Below are positions 25,670 to 38,224 of a stretch of 64,000 nucleotides of DNA, in pieces. The position numbers and the translations under genes are program-made. Origin of the DNA: Hamiltosporidium tvaerminnensis FI-OER-3-3. Its lineage: Eukaryota; Fungi; Microsporidia. Under the pieces are notes generated by a model. The model was not told where the DNA came from and did no database searches. It saw nothing but the letters and a program-made list of their open reading frames with translations. Position 1 is the stretch's first letter; each line of letters begins with the position of its first letter. The stretch covers positions 992,001 through 1,056,000 of the forward strand of contig CM061248.1 in the NCBI GenBank assembly GCA_022605425.2, given 5' to 3'.

Positions 25670-26555
25670 TTTTAATATTGACACAGTTTTGAGGTTTACT
25701 CACGACTGTACTTTAACAAAATATCATTATTCCATAAGTAACATAAATTATAAACCTTCTAATCCTAAAAATCTGTAAAATTCAATAAACAAACAGGGAA
25801 AGTGCCTAAAGTTTGTTAATTTTTGTTGCTTTAGTGTTTCCTATTACCAAATCAAACCTGGGTTACTCCCAGGATTTTAAATCCCTCTTATCACTCTATG
25901 AAACGGAAACTGATAAATTTTCAGCTAAAATATATCTTGGAAGTTTTTAAAGTTTACCAGACGCTGCAAGGTCATATCAAGAGGTATATCCTAGTAAGTG
26001 GCTTTACAAATTATCATCAAAATTCACCCCTGCACGAGCCTTGGCCGTCCTTCTGTAATACCGCTCACTGGTGTTTTCTACTTTTTCAAGTTTAGTATTA
26101 GTGTAGTTTAAAAAGGTGAGTTGTTAGCCTTAAGTCCAATCCGGGGGACCGGTCCTTTTTAGTCGCCTCTTACACAAGCAGAGTATATTCTAAGCCAATT
26201 CTTTCCCGGCATTGTGGGGGAAACTATCTTTAAAAGCTCTATAAAATATATACATTTCTGCGTTTCTTTGTCTCTCTTTCTCCTAATCTAAAGGAGGAAG
26301 GCTAGGTCTCTATGCTTATACAATTTAATTACCATAAAGTTCAATTGTTTTCTTCATTTTATTTTATAAAAAAAATACAAACCATGCTTTTAGAAAAAAG
26401 TTTTTGCATTTTGTAGACTTTCTCCTCTATATAGTTTTTTATAAAATACCGAATATTAAGTGTAATTATCATTCTAAAAAAAATCTTTAGATATCATTTT
26501 TGCATGTTTCAAATACAAATTTCATCAGATTGTTTTGAAAAGTGTTATTCTCGAC
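25670..26555 (-). repeat. Old family A copy interrupted by a family B insertion
   Basis: 25921-26006 matches 61-158 and 26288-26430 matches 213-340 of the family A copy; the 25670-25900 part matches the reverse complement of 60200-60406. Confidence 0.7.
26030..26225 (-). repeat. Repeat family B copy nested in family A
   Basis: Reverse complement reads TTCCCCCACAATGCCGGGAAAGAATTGGCTTAGAATATACTCTGCTT..., matching 16210 onward. Confidence 0.8.
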
Positions 26556-27539
26556 ACAATCTTAAAAATAATATAAATATTTTTCTAAAATAGTAAGAAG
26601 AAGATAAATATTTGTGTTCAGCTTACACGAAATTACTATAAAAAGACCAGAACTAATAGTTTTTTTGCTGTATTCTTATAAAAAAAGGAATAATTTGCGA
26701 ATGATTTTTTTTATTAATTCTATTTCTTTTAACACTTGCTCCATTGGTCTTAAGCTAGGTGGTTTTTATTTTATTCTTATATTTGATTAAAAATGAATAG
26801 TAACCCATAGCATTAGAATGACGTTTTTTTTTGGATGATTTAACAAGAAAACGACACTAAAGACTGGTTTTCTATAAATTCTTATATTGACTTGCAAGTA
26901 CGCAATTCGACTGGTAGTTAATCTGATGATAAATAAAATGCATTCTCTCCTGCTTGGCTTAATATTTCTAGTTTTCAGATCTAAAGTCTGGGGTTTTGAT
27001 TAATTTGCTAGGCTGTTCGTGCTTATCAAAAAAATAACATAGCATTTTGGTTTAGTATTTTTTAAACAGATTTTTATCATTACCTACAATAGAAATTATT
27101 GTATAATATTAAATTATCAAAAAAAACTTTGTGGCTTTGGTCTTATGAGATATAGAGATCACTTCTTTTATGACTTTACGTTGTTTTAGTTGTTCTTGAA
27201 CTACTAAGTAAACGCTCCTTTATTTTTTTTTATTTAAAATCTAGTGGTGTACTTTACTGTGATCTCGTTTTATTTTTATATTAGATTGTTTCTTTCTTTA
27301 TGGATGGAATACATTCCACGGGGGATTAGAGCTTCGTTAAGGATAGGCGCCCCGGAGACATGTCTTCTTTTGATTGGCAAGGCTTCGGCAAAACATAAAC
27401 TTTCTTTTTAAAAGATTAAGAGCGTATTACCAGCAAAAAAACCTGCATTTCAGAAACAAAATTTGATATTCTTTTTAGCTAATGCGTTATATTTTCTTAT
27501 TTCCCTAATTTAACTTAATATTCGTACCGACAAAACAAA

Positions 27540-29160
27540 ATGGATAATGAATACAGAAAGGAAAAACAGAAGTGGTGTTGTTCTCTTTATGTAGTAATAC
27601 CAATTTTTGTCTGAGGAAACTACATATCTTGCGAATCAATAGTATCAAATGCTTCTTCTTAAACTTATAATTCTCTGAATCTCGGAATAGTCTGTAAATT
27701 TTAGGAATGAAATTTAAAGCTTAAAAACGAGGATGTAAATTCCAATATAATTTATTATATAAATTAAGAGCTGGACAAGATGTAAGATACATAAAATTTT
27801 TATGTAACAATATTTTTTGGGAAACATGGTAAACTAATTAAAGAACTAGAATTATTAAAATCTTATCAAAAAATAAATCATGGAGATATTGCCTTAAAGG
27901 TTTCAATACATTTTAAAATTTATTTATCTCCAAACACAGTAGCAAGAAGATTTATGGACATTACATTCAATATAAATCAGACCTTTGGATAGTTTTATTT
28001 GGCTGTGGATGGGCTAAATGATATTCTAAATATTACTGAAAATTTATTTTATTCTAAATTTTATTGACAAATAGAAGGTTTGTAAAGAACCATTAGATGT
28101 TTTTAGCATTCAAAGCACGTCCAATAGACAAGATATTTTTGATCAAGTCGAAAAATCATAGAAGGTGATATTCAAATCATATTACAACTAAATAAGGAAA
28201 GATATAATGCGAGGAAATATGTCTTTGTTACTCTTATATTTTCAATCAGGAGATTAAGATAATTCAAAATCATTTATAATACATTTATTATTTCCAAAAA
28301 ATCGTTATATGGAGTATACTTGAAACTGTTACGGCTTATATACCAGTCATTTAACCTTCAACTATATAGAATTGCACGTACACATAACTCGTCAATTACG
28401 TGAGTAAATTTAGGAAATTTCCGAAGATGATTTACAACAGATTAGTTTGGTTCGCTAACTTGCCGTACAAAACTTTATATACAGTTTTAAAGTTATTGCA
28501 ATCATTCAAATTTTTTCTTAAATGAATTAGCTTCTTTCTGATTCACAAAGCAATAAATGAGTATAAAGTTGTTTTTTTGTACGGATTTAACTGAATTATT
28601 GAAGCATTATAATTTTAAATCACAAAGAAATAAAAAAAGACAGAACCCGAATTTTAAATCATATTTAAAGATTCTATCAACATAGTCTTTTTACGCGAAG
28701 GATCGAACAAATTTCATATTCATTTTAATAGGTGCGCAATATTTAGTAAAAAAAAATGAAGCTGTTTATAAGACCTGTAATAAAAACTTTAGATAGTTTG
28801 AAAATATATTTTGATAGAGTTTTTCTGGTTTCATTTTGCAAAAAAATTATATTTAAATTCTTTAAATCTCTTTTCGGCTGATCTTGAAAGGCTAGTACCG
28901 GAGTTTAATTGTAACTAATAGATATGCAATGCACAAATTCTTTTTAAAAAAATATTTGAATTCAAAATTAATTGAATTGTATAAGAGTCTTTTAACTTCG
29001 TATTTACACCAAGTCCATACATTTTCTCACAGTTTTATTTCCGCTTTTAACAAAATCTATCTATCCGAAGAAACATTCCTTAAAATAAAATATACAAAAA
29101 TGTTCAAAGCTAAATAAGAGACAAACACTTGGTCTTTTTATTGATTATTTCTCCAATAAA
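27540..29160 (+). mobile_element. hAT (Buster/SPIN/GTF2IRD2-like) transposase relic
   Basis: Colinear motifs: MDNEYR..KW (27540), LSPNTVARR (27924), FYLAVDG (27993), YIFNQE (=HCIIHQE), RQLRE..VR*L (=VRWL, 28450), FCTDLTELL..YNFKSQ (~28576), hATC-like ISAFNKIYLSEETF (ORF 28929..29117). Confidence 0.8.
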
Positions 29161-29380
29161 TTTAACTGAATTTATTACATGTTGGTAACTTCTTAACTAT
29201 ATCAATTTCTAAAAAAATATGCTATTATTTTTTGTTATTATATTTTTTGACTTGAAATGATGAAAAATATTATTAATTGTTTAAAAAATGTAGAAAACCA
29301 TTAAATTGTCTTTTATTACAACTTCTTCATAAAAAACCAAAATATTTTCTTTCTTTGTATTAATTTTTGTATGTATTTCT

Positions 29381-31204
29381 TTTTATTGTGTATTGATCTA
29401 TGGAGCCGAAAGCTTAATAAAAAAACCCAAAGATGACATTAAAGACAGATGCAGAATCCCGTGCGGCATAGTAATATTATTATTTGAGGATCTCGGTTAC
29501 CTGAAAAAGATGAACAAACATTGAAGGAAATGACGGAAGAGGTGAATGAACAATATACGATTAGAAATAAACAAAGAGAAATCGGCTATAAAAAACCCGT
29601 GATGTGAAGATACAGCCACTCTTTTTCAATGAAAAGGTGTTTCAAAATACTCAAGAACAAAAGAATATAGCAGAGGAATCTTAAGAAGTATGTCGTTCGA
29701 GGAAGTACAATAAAACATAAATTCCGAGTAGAAAAACTTTTTTGCAACAAAATTGAATGCTAAAAAATTATTTTTGGCAAAATATCAACATCCGATATCG
29801 TCAACCTACTACCAAATAGAAGTACCTTGTCTTGATCAACTGACTTCTTTTAGTTAGATTATGAAGTGCGTGCACTGCTAGTACAGAATCAATACATCTA
29901 CGCCTAGGATGTAAATAACTTCTATACTTTCCCCGTAAAGAACTATGAAGAAGTTTATATAGTGTAGACTTAAAAGGAATATGATTTTGCAACACTTGAA
30001 TTGTCTTGAAAAACATAAAAATACATCGACCAGAAGCGCAGCAATTCTAAAGGTTGAAAATAATTATAAAACCCACTTTTCACTAAAAAAACTTTTTAAA
30101 AATTAAATACGAGTTGGAAGAAGAAGTCACAAAGAAGAATTTGGAAGAAGCTCAACTAGCTAACCTATATAACGAAATCAAAAACCGAAAACTACATTCA
30201 ATGCTATAAAGCTAGTAATAACGAGCTTGTAAGTGTGAATGACTCTTCAAGATGGTTAAAGAAAGGAAGTATAAGACCACCTGATCAAGCAGTGTTCTGT
30301 TCTATATAAGATAGAAGTAGATTGCCGGAGTACCGAAGGTATTTCACACGCAGCAACTAAATATGTCTAACGGTAGACTTCTTAGCAACAAGATGCGAGA
30401 AAAAGCTAGAGTGACTATACTAGACCAAAAAATGAAGTTTCACAATGCAAATACTTAATCCTACTAAATAAATATTTATTCAAGTCTTTAAAACAAATTA
30501 TGAGTCCCTCGGTGTAAAAATTTTTTTAATAATGAACATGCAGAGGTAAAAGTGAACACTAGAATAAAAACAGATGTCAAGATTGGTGTAACAGACCCGA
30601 CATATTTATTATTGACAAGAGGAAGAATAAGATAACCCTCATTAAAGCAGGAATCCCACTAAAACCTTTTCAAATAGTTGAAAAGGAGAAACTTTAGAAG
30701 TACGAACTATTAGCAAATAAGTTCGCCATCATTCATAAATGTAGTATAGAGATAATTCCTTATGTGATGACTTGGAACGATATTGGAACAAAATACCAAG
30801 ATGTTTTTAAAAGACTACAAATACACATGAATGTAGAGGCAGGTATGCAATCTATAGTACTCAAAAAGCGGTCGAAAAAATTTCTTTTGGTCGACGATGA
30901 GGACTTGAATACGGACCAAATGCCAAAGAAGCTAGGAAAAGGCATCATTACGTGTTATTTAAGGAGCTATGATGCATAAAAAACCAACACATCCTTTAAA
31001 GCGAGTAGACAACGAGGAAGATGGTGTTAAAACGGAAATTAGAAAAAGTCTTTTACCCCTTATTTCAGATAGCAAAACCACAGTAGAGAAATACAATTAA
31101 TGCAAATGAAAACTCGTATTTAGAGGAAAAGATGGAAGATGTTGAAATAGTAAAAATAATTATTTAAAAGACAAAATTTGTTAACCCAGAATTTTATTGT
31201 ATAA
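29381..31204 (+). mobile_element. Older 5'-truncated retrotransposon (copy 2) with 10-bp TSD ATGTAT(T/A)TCT
   Basis: Colinear with copy 1 from the CMDPLSRKLN region to the TTAACCCAGAATTTTATT end (31181); TSD at 29371-29380 and 31205-31214. Confidence 0.9.
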
Positions 31205-31688
31205 ATGTATATCTCAAATTACTTTATTATAAAAATAATTTACGACAAACCTAATTTGCTATATTATATTCTAAGTTAGTATCGAATTTTATCAATTAAT
31301 ATCTTTTGAATATATGTCGTTCAAATTTACTTTTTTTATTTATGTAGAAAGAAATACAATATTTTTTTTTATCAAGTACAAATTATAAAAAATAATCTCT
31401 AAATAAAATATTAAGTAATCGATCGGTAATGGGTGGAGGTTTATTGTAAGAGTTTACGTGATTTGTTGGCAAACCAACCAAATAAGTTCATTTTATATTG
31501 AAATCCTCCTGTTCCTACATATACATTCATTCTGCTACAATGTAGATTTAGAGAAATTTAGATGTGTATAATCTTATCGAATAACGTTATAGTTTATTTC
31601 AAAAACTATAAAAAGTCAAAAATTGGTTTATTAAGAGAATATGTAAATTGATTTAGATTTAAAATTTATTTGCTTAAACATTACATGG

Positions 31689-31815
31689 TTGTGTTGGGCT
31701 GAAAACTTAACCAATCCAAAGAAAAATAATTTGGAAAACCTGTTTTTTTTGAAAAATTATGATTCATTTTAGATTGTGTTTCTTACATAATGAAGAAGCG
31801 AGCTATTAAAAAATA
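31689..31815. other. ~130-bp hairpin-forming insertion (duplicate of 48004-48132)
   Basis: Absent from the paralogous site at ~20190; flanked by TACATGG/TGCATGG; inverted arms at 31713-31775. Confidence 0.55.
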
Positions 31816-31828
31816 TGCATGGCGACAT

Positions 31829-34800
31829 TTTTATTTAATAAAATTCTGGGTTAAAATATTTTTTACCATTTTTACATGTTTTCTTCTACCTCTTTGACCA
31901 CTTTTGTCTCTTCTTCCAAATCCGACTCTTCATTTATGTTATTGGTCGGTTCCTCTAAAGTGGTTTCTCCTTGTAAAATAAAGGGGGCTTTATATTTTGG
32001 TTTAAAATTTTTGGCACCATCTTCCTCTGTTTTCGCTTCTTTTAAAGGGGGTATTGGTTCCTCATGCATCTCTGATCTCATAATAACACCCATTGACGCT
32101 CTCTCCCAGCTCTCTTCGGCATTTAGTCCTGACTCAAGTCCTCTTCGTCGATCAAAGGAAATTGTTTCGACTGTTTTCTTAAGTACTATAGACTGAATGT
32201 ATGCCTCTACATTCATGGGTATTTCTAGTCTTTTAAGATGTGATTTATGGTATTTTGTCACAATACCGTCCCAGGTCATCACATAAGGGATTATCTCAAC
32301 ACTACACTTATAAATAAGACCCAACTCATTGGCTAGCAGGTCATACTTCCTAAGTTTTTCAGTTTCAACTATTTGAAGTGAATCTTGGGAAGTGATTCCT
32401 ACTTCAATGAGCGTTATCTTATTTTTCTTCTTATCTAAAATAAATATGTCCGGTCTGTTATTCCGAATTTTAACATCAGTTTTAATTCTGGTGTCCACTC
32501 TTATCTCTGCATACTCATTATCAAGAATTTCGTGAACTGAGTGACTCCTAATCCGTTTTAAAGACTTAAACTTATATCTTTTTAGAAGAAGTAGGTGTAG
32601 GCATCTAACAACTTCATTATGCCGTCTGGTGTAGTCATGGCCTAGCATTTTTTAACATCTAGTTGCTAGATGATCTACAGTCTTATCAGACTTCCCGCAA
32701 TGTTGACACACACCATCTGCTCCCCAGAATACATTTCTATCCTGGATATAGCAGAACACAGCTTCATTTCGTGGCCTAATATTTCCTCTCTTTAGCCATC
32801 TTGAAGAGTCACTAACACTCACAAGCTCATTTTTCCTTGCATTATATAACTTTGAATGGAGTTTTCGTTTTTCTATTTCGTTATATAGTTTTGCAAGTTG
32901 AGCTTCTTCTAAACTTTTCTTAGTGACTTCTTCTACCAACCTGTAATTTACTTTTAAGAAGCCTTTTATTAGTGCAAGATGGGTTTTATTATTATTCTCC
33001 ACCTTGAGGATTGCTGCTCGTCTAGTTGATATTTCTTTACTTTTTTCCAGACAATCCAAGAGTTGCAGAAGCATATGTTCGCTTCGCAACTCAACACTAT
33101 GTAGGCCTCTTCCAAGTTCTGTTCTAGGAAGATACAAACGCTCTTTACATCCTGGGCGGAGATGTATCTTTTTTTTTCACCAACACCGCACGCACTGCAT
33201 CATCTAACTTAAAGAAGTCAGCCGGTTCAAGTCGAAGTACTCCTATGTGGTAGTTGATTAACGATATCGCATGTTGATTGATTGCAGAAAATAAATTTTT
33301 TGCATTTAATCTAGTGTGACAAAGTCTTTCAACTCTTGATATAAGTTTGCTCCGTACTTCTTCAAATGAGCTACGTGTTGGAATTCCTCTGCTATCTTCT
33401 ATTATTCTTAAATATTTGTAAAACTAACACTTTCTAGAAGAGTAGCAGTATCTTCACAACACGTACATTTGTGGCTGACTCCTCTTTGTTAATCTCTAAG
33501 CCAATAACCTCTAAAAATTCCTTTGCCTCGCCTGTCATAGCATTTAATGTGGAACTGTCTTTTGCAAGGAGCTTAACATCATCAATAAACAAGAGATGAT
33601 TAGTAGAATGGGATTCTGCATCTGTTTGTACTGTAATTTTGTGTATTTTTCATTAAGCTTTCGGCTTAATGGATCCATACAAAAAACAAATAACAATAGT
33701 GACAAACTATCTCCTTGTAGAATCCCTCTATCAATCTTCTTGCTCATGATTTTTTCAGGCCCTACTGATATATCAATTTTCCATTTTGATACAATTACCT
33801 TACTAAATTTCAGGATCTAATCAGGTAAATTAAGGTTTTCAATGCATTGAGTTAAATAAGCATGATCTATTGAGTCATAAGCTTTTTTAACATCAATCCA
33901 TGTTGCCTTAAGGTTATTTCCATACTCTTTATTTAAGGCAATATTCAGTAGAGCCTGCTCTTTCGCTCCCTGCACACCTCTTACCGCCCCTAGTTGGTTC
34001 TCTGCAAGCAACCCTCGCCTTTCCACTTCAAGTTGAACGACTTTCGTTACACACTTTGTCGTTAACTTATAGAGGTTGGACATACAAGTGATTGGCCTGT
34101 AGTCAGAGCCTCTTCGTGGAATTCCTTTGGGTATCAAATAGGTAAGCCCGCAGTAAAACCAATCAGCTTGAGTTGTTCCTTCTAAACATATAACTTTCAC
34201 AATATCATAAAGATATTTGTGAAGAGTTGTAAGTTTCTTAATGAAAAAATTGTAAATACCATCAATTCCAGCAGCTTTCCAATTGGGAAGCCAATTAATG
34301 ATATTTACAAATTCATCAAGTGAAGGAAACGTAGTTGGATGATTATCTGATACAAATGGAATCAAATAATCTTCATGCGTGACCGTGTCATCATTTTTGT
34401 TCCACATTGTAGACCAAAAACTCACAATTTCATCACGACGCACCACAGGCTCGGATTCCACACGCTCAGATAACCCACGATAAAATCGACCTCGGAAAAG
34501 CTCAAACATACGATTCTCTTTTCGGAATTGCTTCCTACTTTCATGCATCGTAATTTTTTTCTCGTAAACATTCAAAGACTCATTCTTCTTAACTAAAGCC
34601 TCAGAAAGATCAGTTACGCTGCACAAGTTTAAATTAAACTCTCGCATGATTTTCTTAAGGCTCTTCGTTTTCGAAGTAATGAGCTGTTCTTGCTTACGAG
34701 CTTTCTCGAGGAGATCTTTGGAAAGTACTAACTTAGGAATTTTACTTTCTATGTTTTCCTTCCAAGCGGATCTAGGCTTCTCTTTACGTGTTGCCTCGTC

Positions 34801-35615
34801 ATAGCATACCTGCGCAGCTTGCATGATATACGCGCCACTGCAGTTATCGTTATCGGCACATAAGATTCAGCATGCTCTCCGATACTTCGATTAATAAGGT
34901 CCAAAACTTTACTGTCAACCAATTCCCTTGGAAGCTTTCTAGTTCGGACCACCACTTTTCCGATTTCGTTCTCCGTGATTTCTATGATTTTACTCAAGAA
35001 TTTATCTCTCAGGTCTATGTACTCCGTGGTGTCAGTCAGGGACATAGCTCAGTGAGACAAGTGTCGATTCTACGTCGCTCTCTATTCTCTTCTTGCCTTT
35101 TTTCACTTTCTGCCTCATTTTGTGCGAGTTTTTTAAACGCATTGATATCTAATGTGCAGCCAAATTTCTCATTATAGTACCTCAGAGTAGCGGGCCAGCC
35201 ATTTCTGGGCATTCTCTCGAACCTCTTTTGCACTGTTAGAATAGCAGATCAAGGCCATTCCTGCTCTACGACTGTGACAGTGTCAAGTATTGAGTGCAAT
35301 ACCCTCCTTCGATTCTCTTCTAGAATGGCATCTGTATGAGGTTTGTCATGCCGTTGGCTGGTCCAAGCGCAGTGGCATAAGTACCAGAAGACGAGGGTAT
35401 GGTGTCTACCAAGCAGACTGGACTAGTCTGGCAACTACTGCTTGGTGGTTGGTGGGTGGTTTCATGGAAGGTCAGTGGAGGTGGAAGCCTCTGGGATAAC
35501 GTTGCTACATCTACATCACACATCAAAATCTCTCCTGCGCTGTTCGCCAAGTTGTTTACAGTTTTTATTTTTTCCTTTTTATATTTTCGCTGTCTATTTT
35601 TTTCCTTCTACCCAT
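31829..35615 (-). mobile_element. Full-length chimeric R4/Dong-like retrotransposon (copy 3), disrupted ORF
   Basis: Starts ATGGGTAGAAGG at 35615; RT, CCHC and RLE ORF pieces; 3' flank TGCATGGCGACAT shared with copy 5, but the 5' ~480 bp and the 5' flank differ. Confidence 0.95.
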
Positions 35616-36099
35616 TGTAATGTTTAGTAATTCTATTACTAATAATAGTAATAATACTATTTCTACCCCTAAACAATACTAACAATAATACAACAAATAA
35701 TAGCAATACTACCCTATCTACCAATAATCTTACTTACAATAATATTCTACATCCCCCCGAAAAGAAGGTAAAGAGACTTAGTCTGTATTCTCTAATACTT
35801 TTCTTACTAACACCCCTTTAGTGTAAATGCTTTAGATAATATCGAAGCTAGACTGTATGCAGATAAAAGATGTATTACTAATAAAATACCTTTATTTGAA
35901 AGTGGTACTTTAGGTACTAAAGGTAATGTACAAGTAGTAATACCTTATAAGACAGAGAGTTATAGTAGTAGTAGAGATCCACCTGATAAGATTATACCGT
36001 TATGTACTATACGTAATTTTCCTTATTGTATTGAACATACTATAGAGTGGGCATTGGCATTGAGTGAGTTTAAGAGTAATTTTGAAGAGAAGATTATTG

Positions 36100-36470
36100 G
36101 TATAAGTGAGTATAAAGGGTGATAATTATATGGATAGTAAATTAGAGGGTGATAATGACAGTAGTAGTAATTATAGGGGTTGTTGATTATGTGATAGTAA
36201 TTATAAGGATGAAAGTTATAAGGATCTGGAACAAGACCCTGTTAATGACAGTACTAGTAAACAAGACCCTGTTAATGACAGTACTAATAAACAACACCCT
36301 GTAAATGACAGTACTAATAAACAAAACCCTATTAATAATAGTACGTATAACCTGACCCTCTTAATAACCGTCCTAATAAACAACACCCTCTTAATAACAG
36401 TAGTAATGAACAACACCCCTTTAATCATAGACCAAATACCCTAGCCCCTAACACCCCCTCTAATAACAAT
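36100..36470. repeat. 30-bp minisatellite: G-type units (36100-36210) followed by C-type units (36230-36470)
   Basis: Units such as AAACAAGACCCTGTTAATGACAGTACTAAT repeated about 7 times, preceded by TTAGAGGGTGATAAT-type units. Confidence 0.9.
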
Positions 36471-36811
36471 ACTAATAATATAATTGCTCTTCACCCTGTT
36501 ACTCTTGAAAAGGATAATGATAGTAATGGTCATATAGATTTTATATATGCATTTGCTAATTTAAGAGCACGTAATTATAAAATAAAAGAAGTATCTAAAT
36601 TAACAGTATAAGGTATAGCAGTTCGTATAATACCAGGAATAGCAACTACTACATCTGTTATATCAGGGTTATGTGTTTTAGAAATGATTAGATATGTTTT
36701 ATATGGTAATGGGTATAAGAATTGGTATGTTAATTTATGACTTTCGTTTATAGGGGGTACAGATGTTATTGAGGCAGAGAACATGGAGTGTGGGATGGTT
36801 AGGTATGATAA

Positions 36812-36975
36812 TAGGGAGGAAGGTGTTAATGATAGAGATAGATTAGAGGGTGTTGGTGACAGTAATGGATTAGAGGGTGTTAGTAATAGAGATAGATGTG
36901 GGGGTGTTAGTAAGAGTAATAGATTAGAGGGTGTTAATTATAGTACAAATACCTTACACCCTGTTAATACTAATA
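36812..36975. repeat. 27/30-bp minisatellite encoding LEGV(N/S/G) repeats, ending in one LHPVN unit
   Basis: GATTAGAGGGTGTT-type unit about 5 times, in frame in ORF 36783..37208. Confidence 0.9.
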
Positions 36976-37561
36976 CCACTTCTTTTACGCTTAGGAATAG
37001 CTTTGTCTTTGGTGACTGTAAATTATCTGAAATATTAAAATATTTTAAAAGGGTGTGGAATGTAGATATAAGTATGGTAACAATAAGAGATACTGTTGTG
37101 TTTTGTACGTTTTATGATAATGAGAGGTTTAAAAATAATTTAGAAAAATTAATACGTGAATTGTGTTGTAAGAAAGAAGGTGATGGGGTTATTTACTGTG
37201 GTATGTAGTGTTTGTTTGACTTTCATGGTGATAACTTTCCTTTGGTTGTTGCTGACTTTAGAGAGATAGAGAAGGGTGGTATTAGGGTTGTATGAGAGTT
37301 ATTAGTGATTTGTGAGACCATATAGGAACTGCAGAAGAAATTTTAATGAATAGATTATGATATATGATATGTGTTAGTAAAAAGCGTTAATTCTTTGGTT
37401 CTATGTTTCTTTTATATCTCAGAGTTTATTATTTCTTTATTTATCTTTTATGTTTTTGTGATTTTTACTTATTTTTAGAACTTTGATATGTGTTTTATTG
37501 TTTTCATGACATTTGGAAATTCTATGTTTAATATAGATGATGGCTTATACGACCGTAAGGA

Positions 37562-37581
37562 GGATAACCACATAAAAAACT
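37562..37581 (+). repeat. 20-bp terminal fragment of family A
   Basis: GGATAACCACATAAAAAACT matches the reverse complement of ~448-467 and 59754-59771. Confidence 0.5.
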
Positions 37582-38224
37582 AACTATTTCGTATGAAAAA
37601 AAAGTCTCATAATTTTGCAGATCATCTTTTATTCATACAAATTTTAAGAAATGGTCAAATATATAGCCTGTTAATCATCGTATCAAAAATCAAAACAATA
37701 ATTTCCTTATAACCCATACATACAAGTTACCAAGCAGATGCTTTTATATGCAATTGTTCCTCATAAGCCTTTAAATAAATTATGTTTTTTTTAAAAAAAA
37801 ATGAAAACAGTGATTTCCTACAAAAAGATAAAGTGTCAATATATTAGAAATTCCAAACGAGGAACATATTTAGTACGAATAGTAAATTGTTTATTTATGA
37901 ATAAGAAAAATTTGCTTTTGGTTACAGACTGTTTAATTAATTCGATCAATATTTCGTGAGACACACCTTAAAAAAAGTAACAAAGTTCCAATTCACATAT
38001 AGATTGTCTTGCATACATATTAAAAAGAAGTAGCTAATAAGAAATTTCTATAAATTTTATTAGAAAACTGATTATATTCATAATTATTTTTTTTCTAAAG
38101 ATTAAACCTAAATATTAACAAAAAAAAGAAAAAAAATAGACCAGAAAATTTTAATTGAAATTCCTAAGTCTTGAATTTACATATAATTTTAAACGCACAA
38201 ATTTATTTAAATATTTTCGAAGCC

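Larger units (their letters stand above)
23142..35134 (+). repeat. Segmental duplication, copy I (direct repeat of 39459-51450)
   Basis: Colinear ORFs and DNA at an offset of ~16313-16321 bp; identity is patchy. Confidence 0.95.
35616..37295 (+). pseudogene. UBA1: Ubiquitin-activating enzyme E1, C-terminal half, pseudogene
   Basis: 35823-36122 translates [16 protein letters not shown]...[28 protein letters not shown]...[17 protein letters not shown] (catalytic Cys at 36003); from 36492 LEKDNDSNGHIDFI..ANLRARNY...RIIPGIATTT; ubiquitin-fold domain in ORF 36783..37208; stops at 36609, 36738 and 37206 plus frameshifts; N-terminal half absent. Confidence 0.93.

Noticed and set aside
31876-35627. 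Antisense ORFs over the retroelements (also 21143, 21765, 22779, 48193, 49321, 49912, 51188)
   Set aside because: Shadow frames of the real coding strand.
36230-36470. CRISPR-like array
   Set aside because: Contiguous degenerate 30-bp tandem units with no unique spacers and no cas genes, in a eukaryotic context.
35616-37295. Alternative genetic code or stop-codon readthrough
   Set aside because: Stops replace different residues (E, K, A/G, and W or E in the retroelements) and co-occur with frameshifts; this is ordinary decay.
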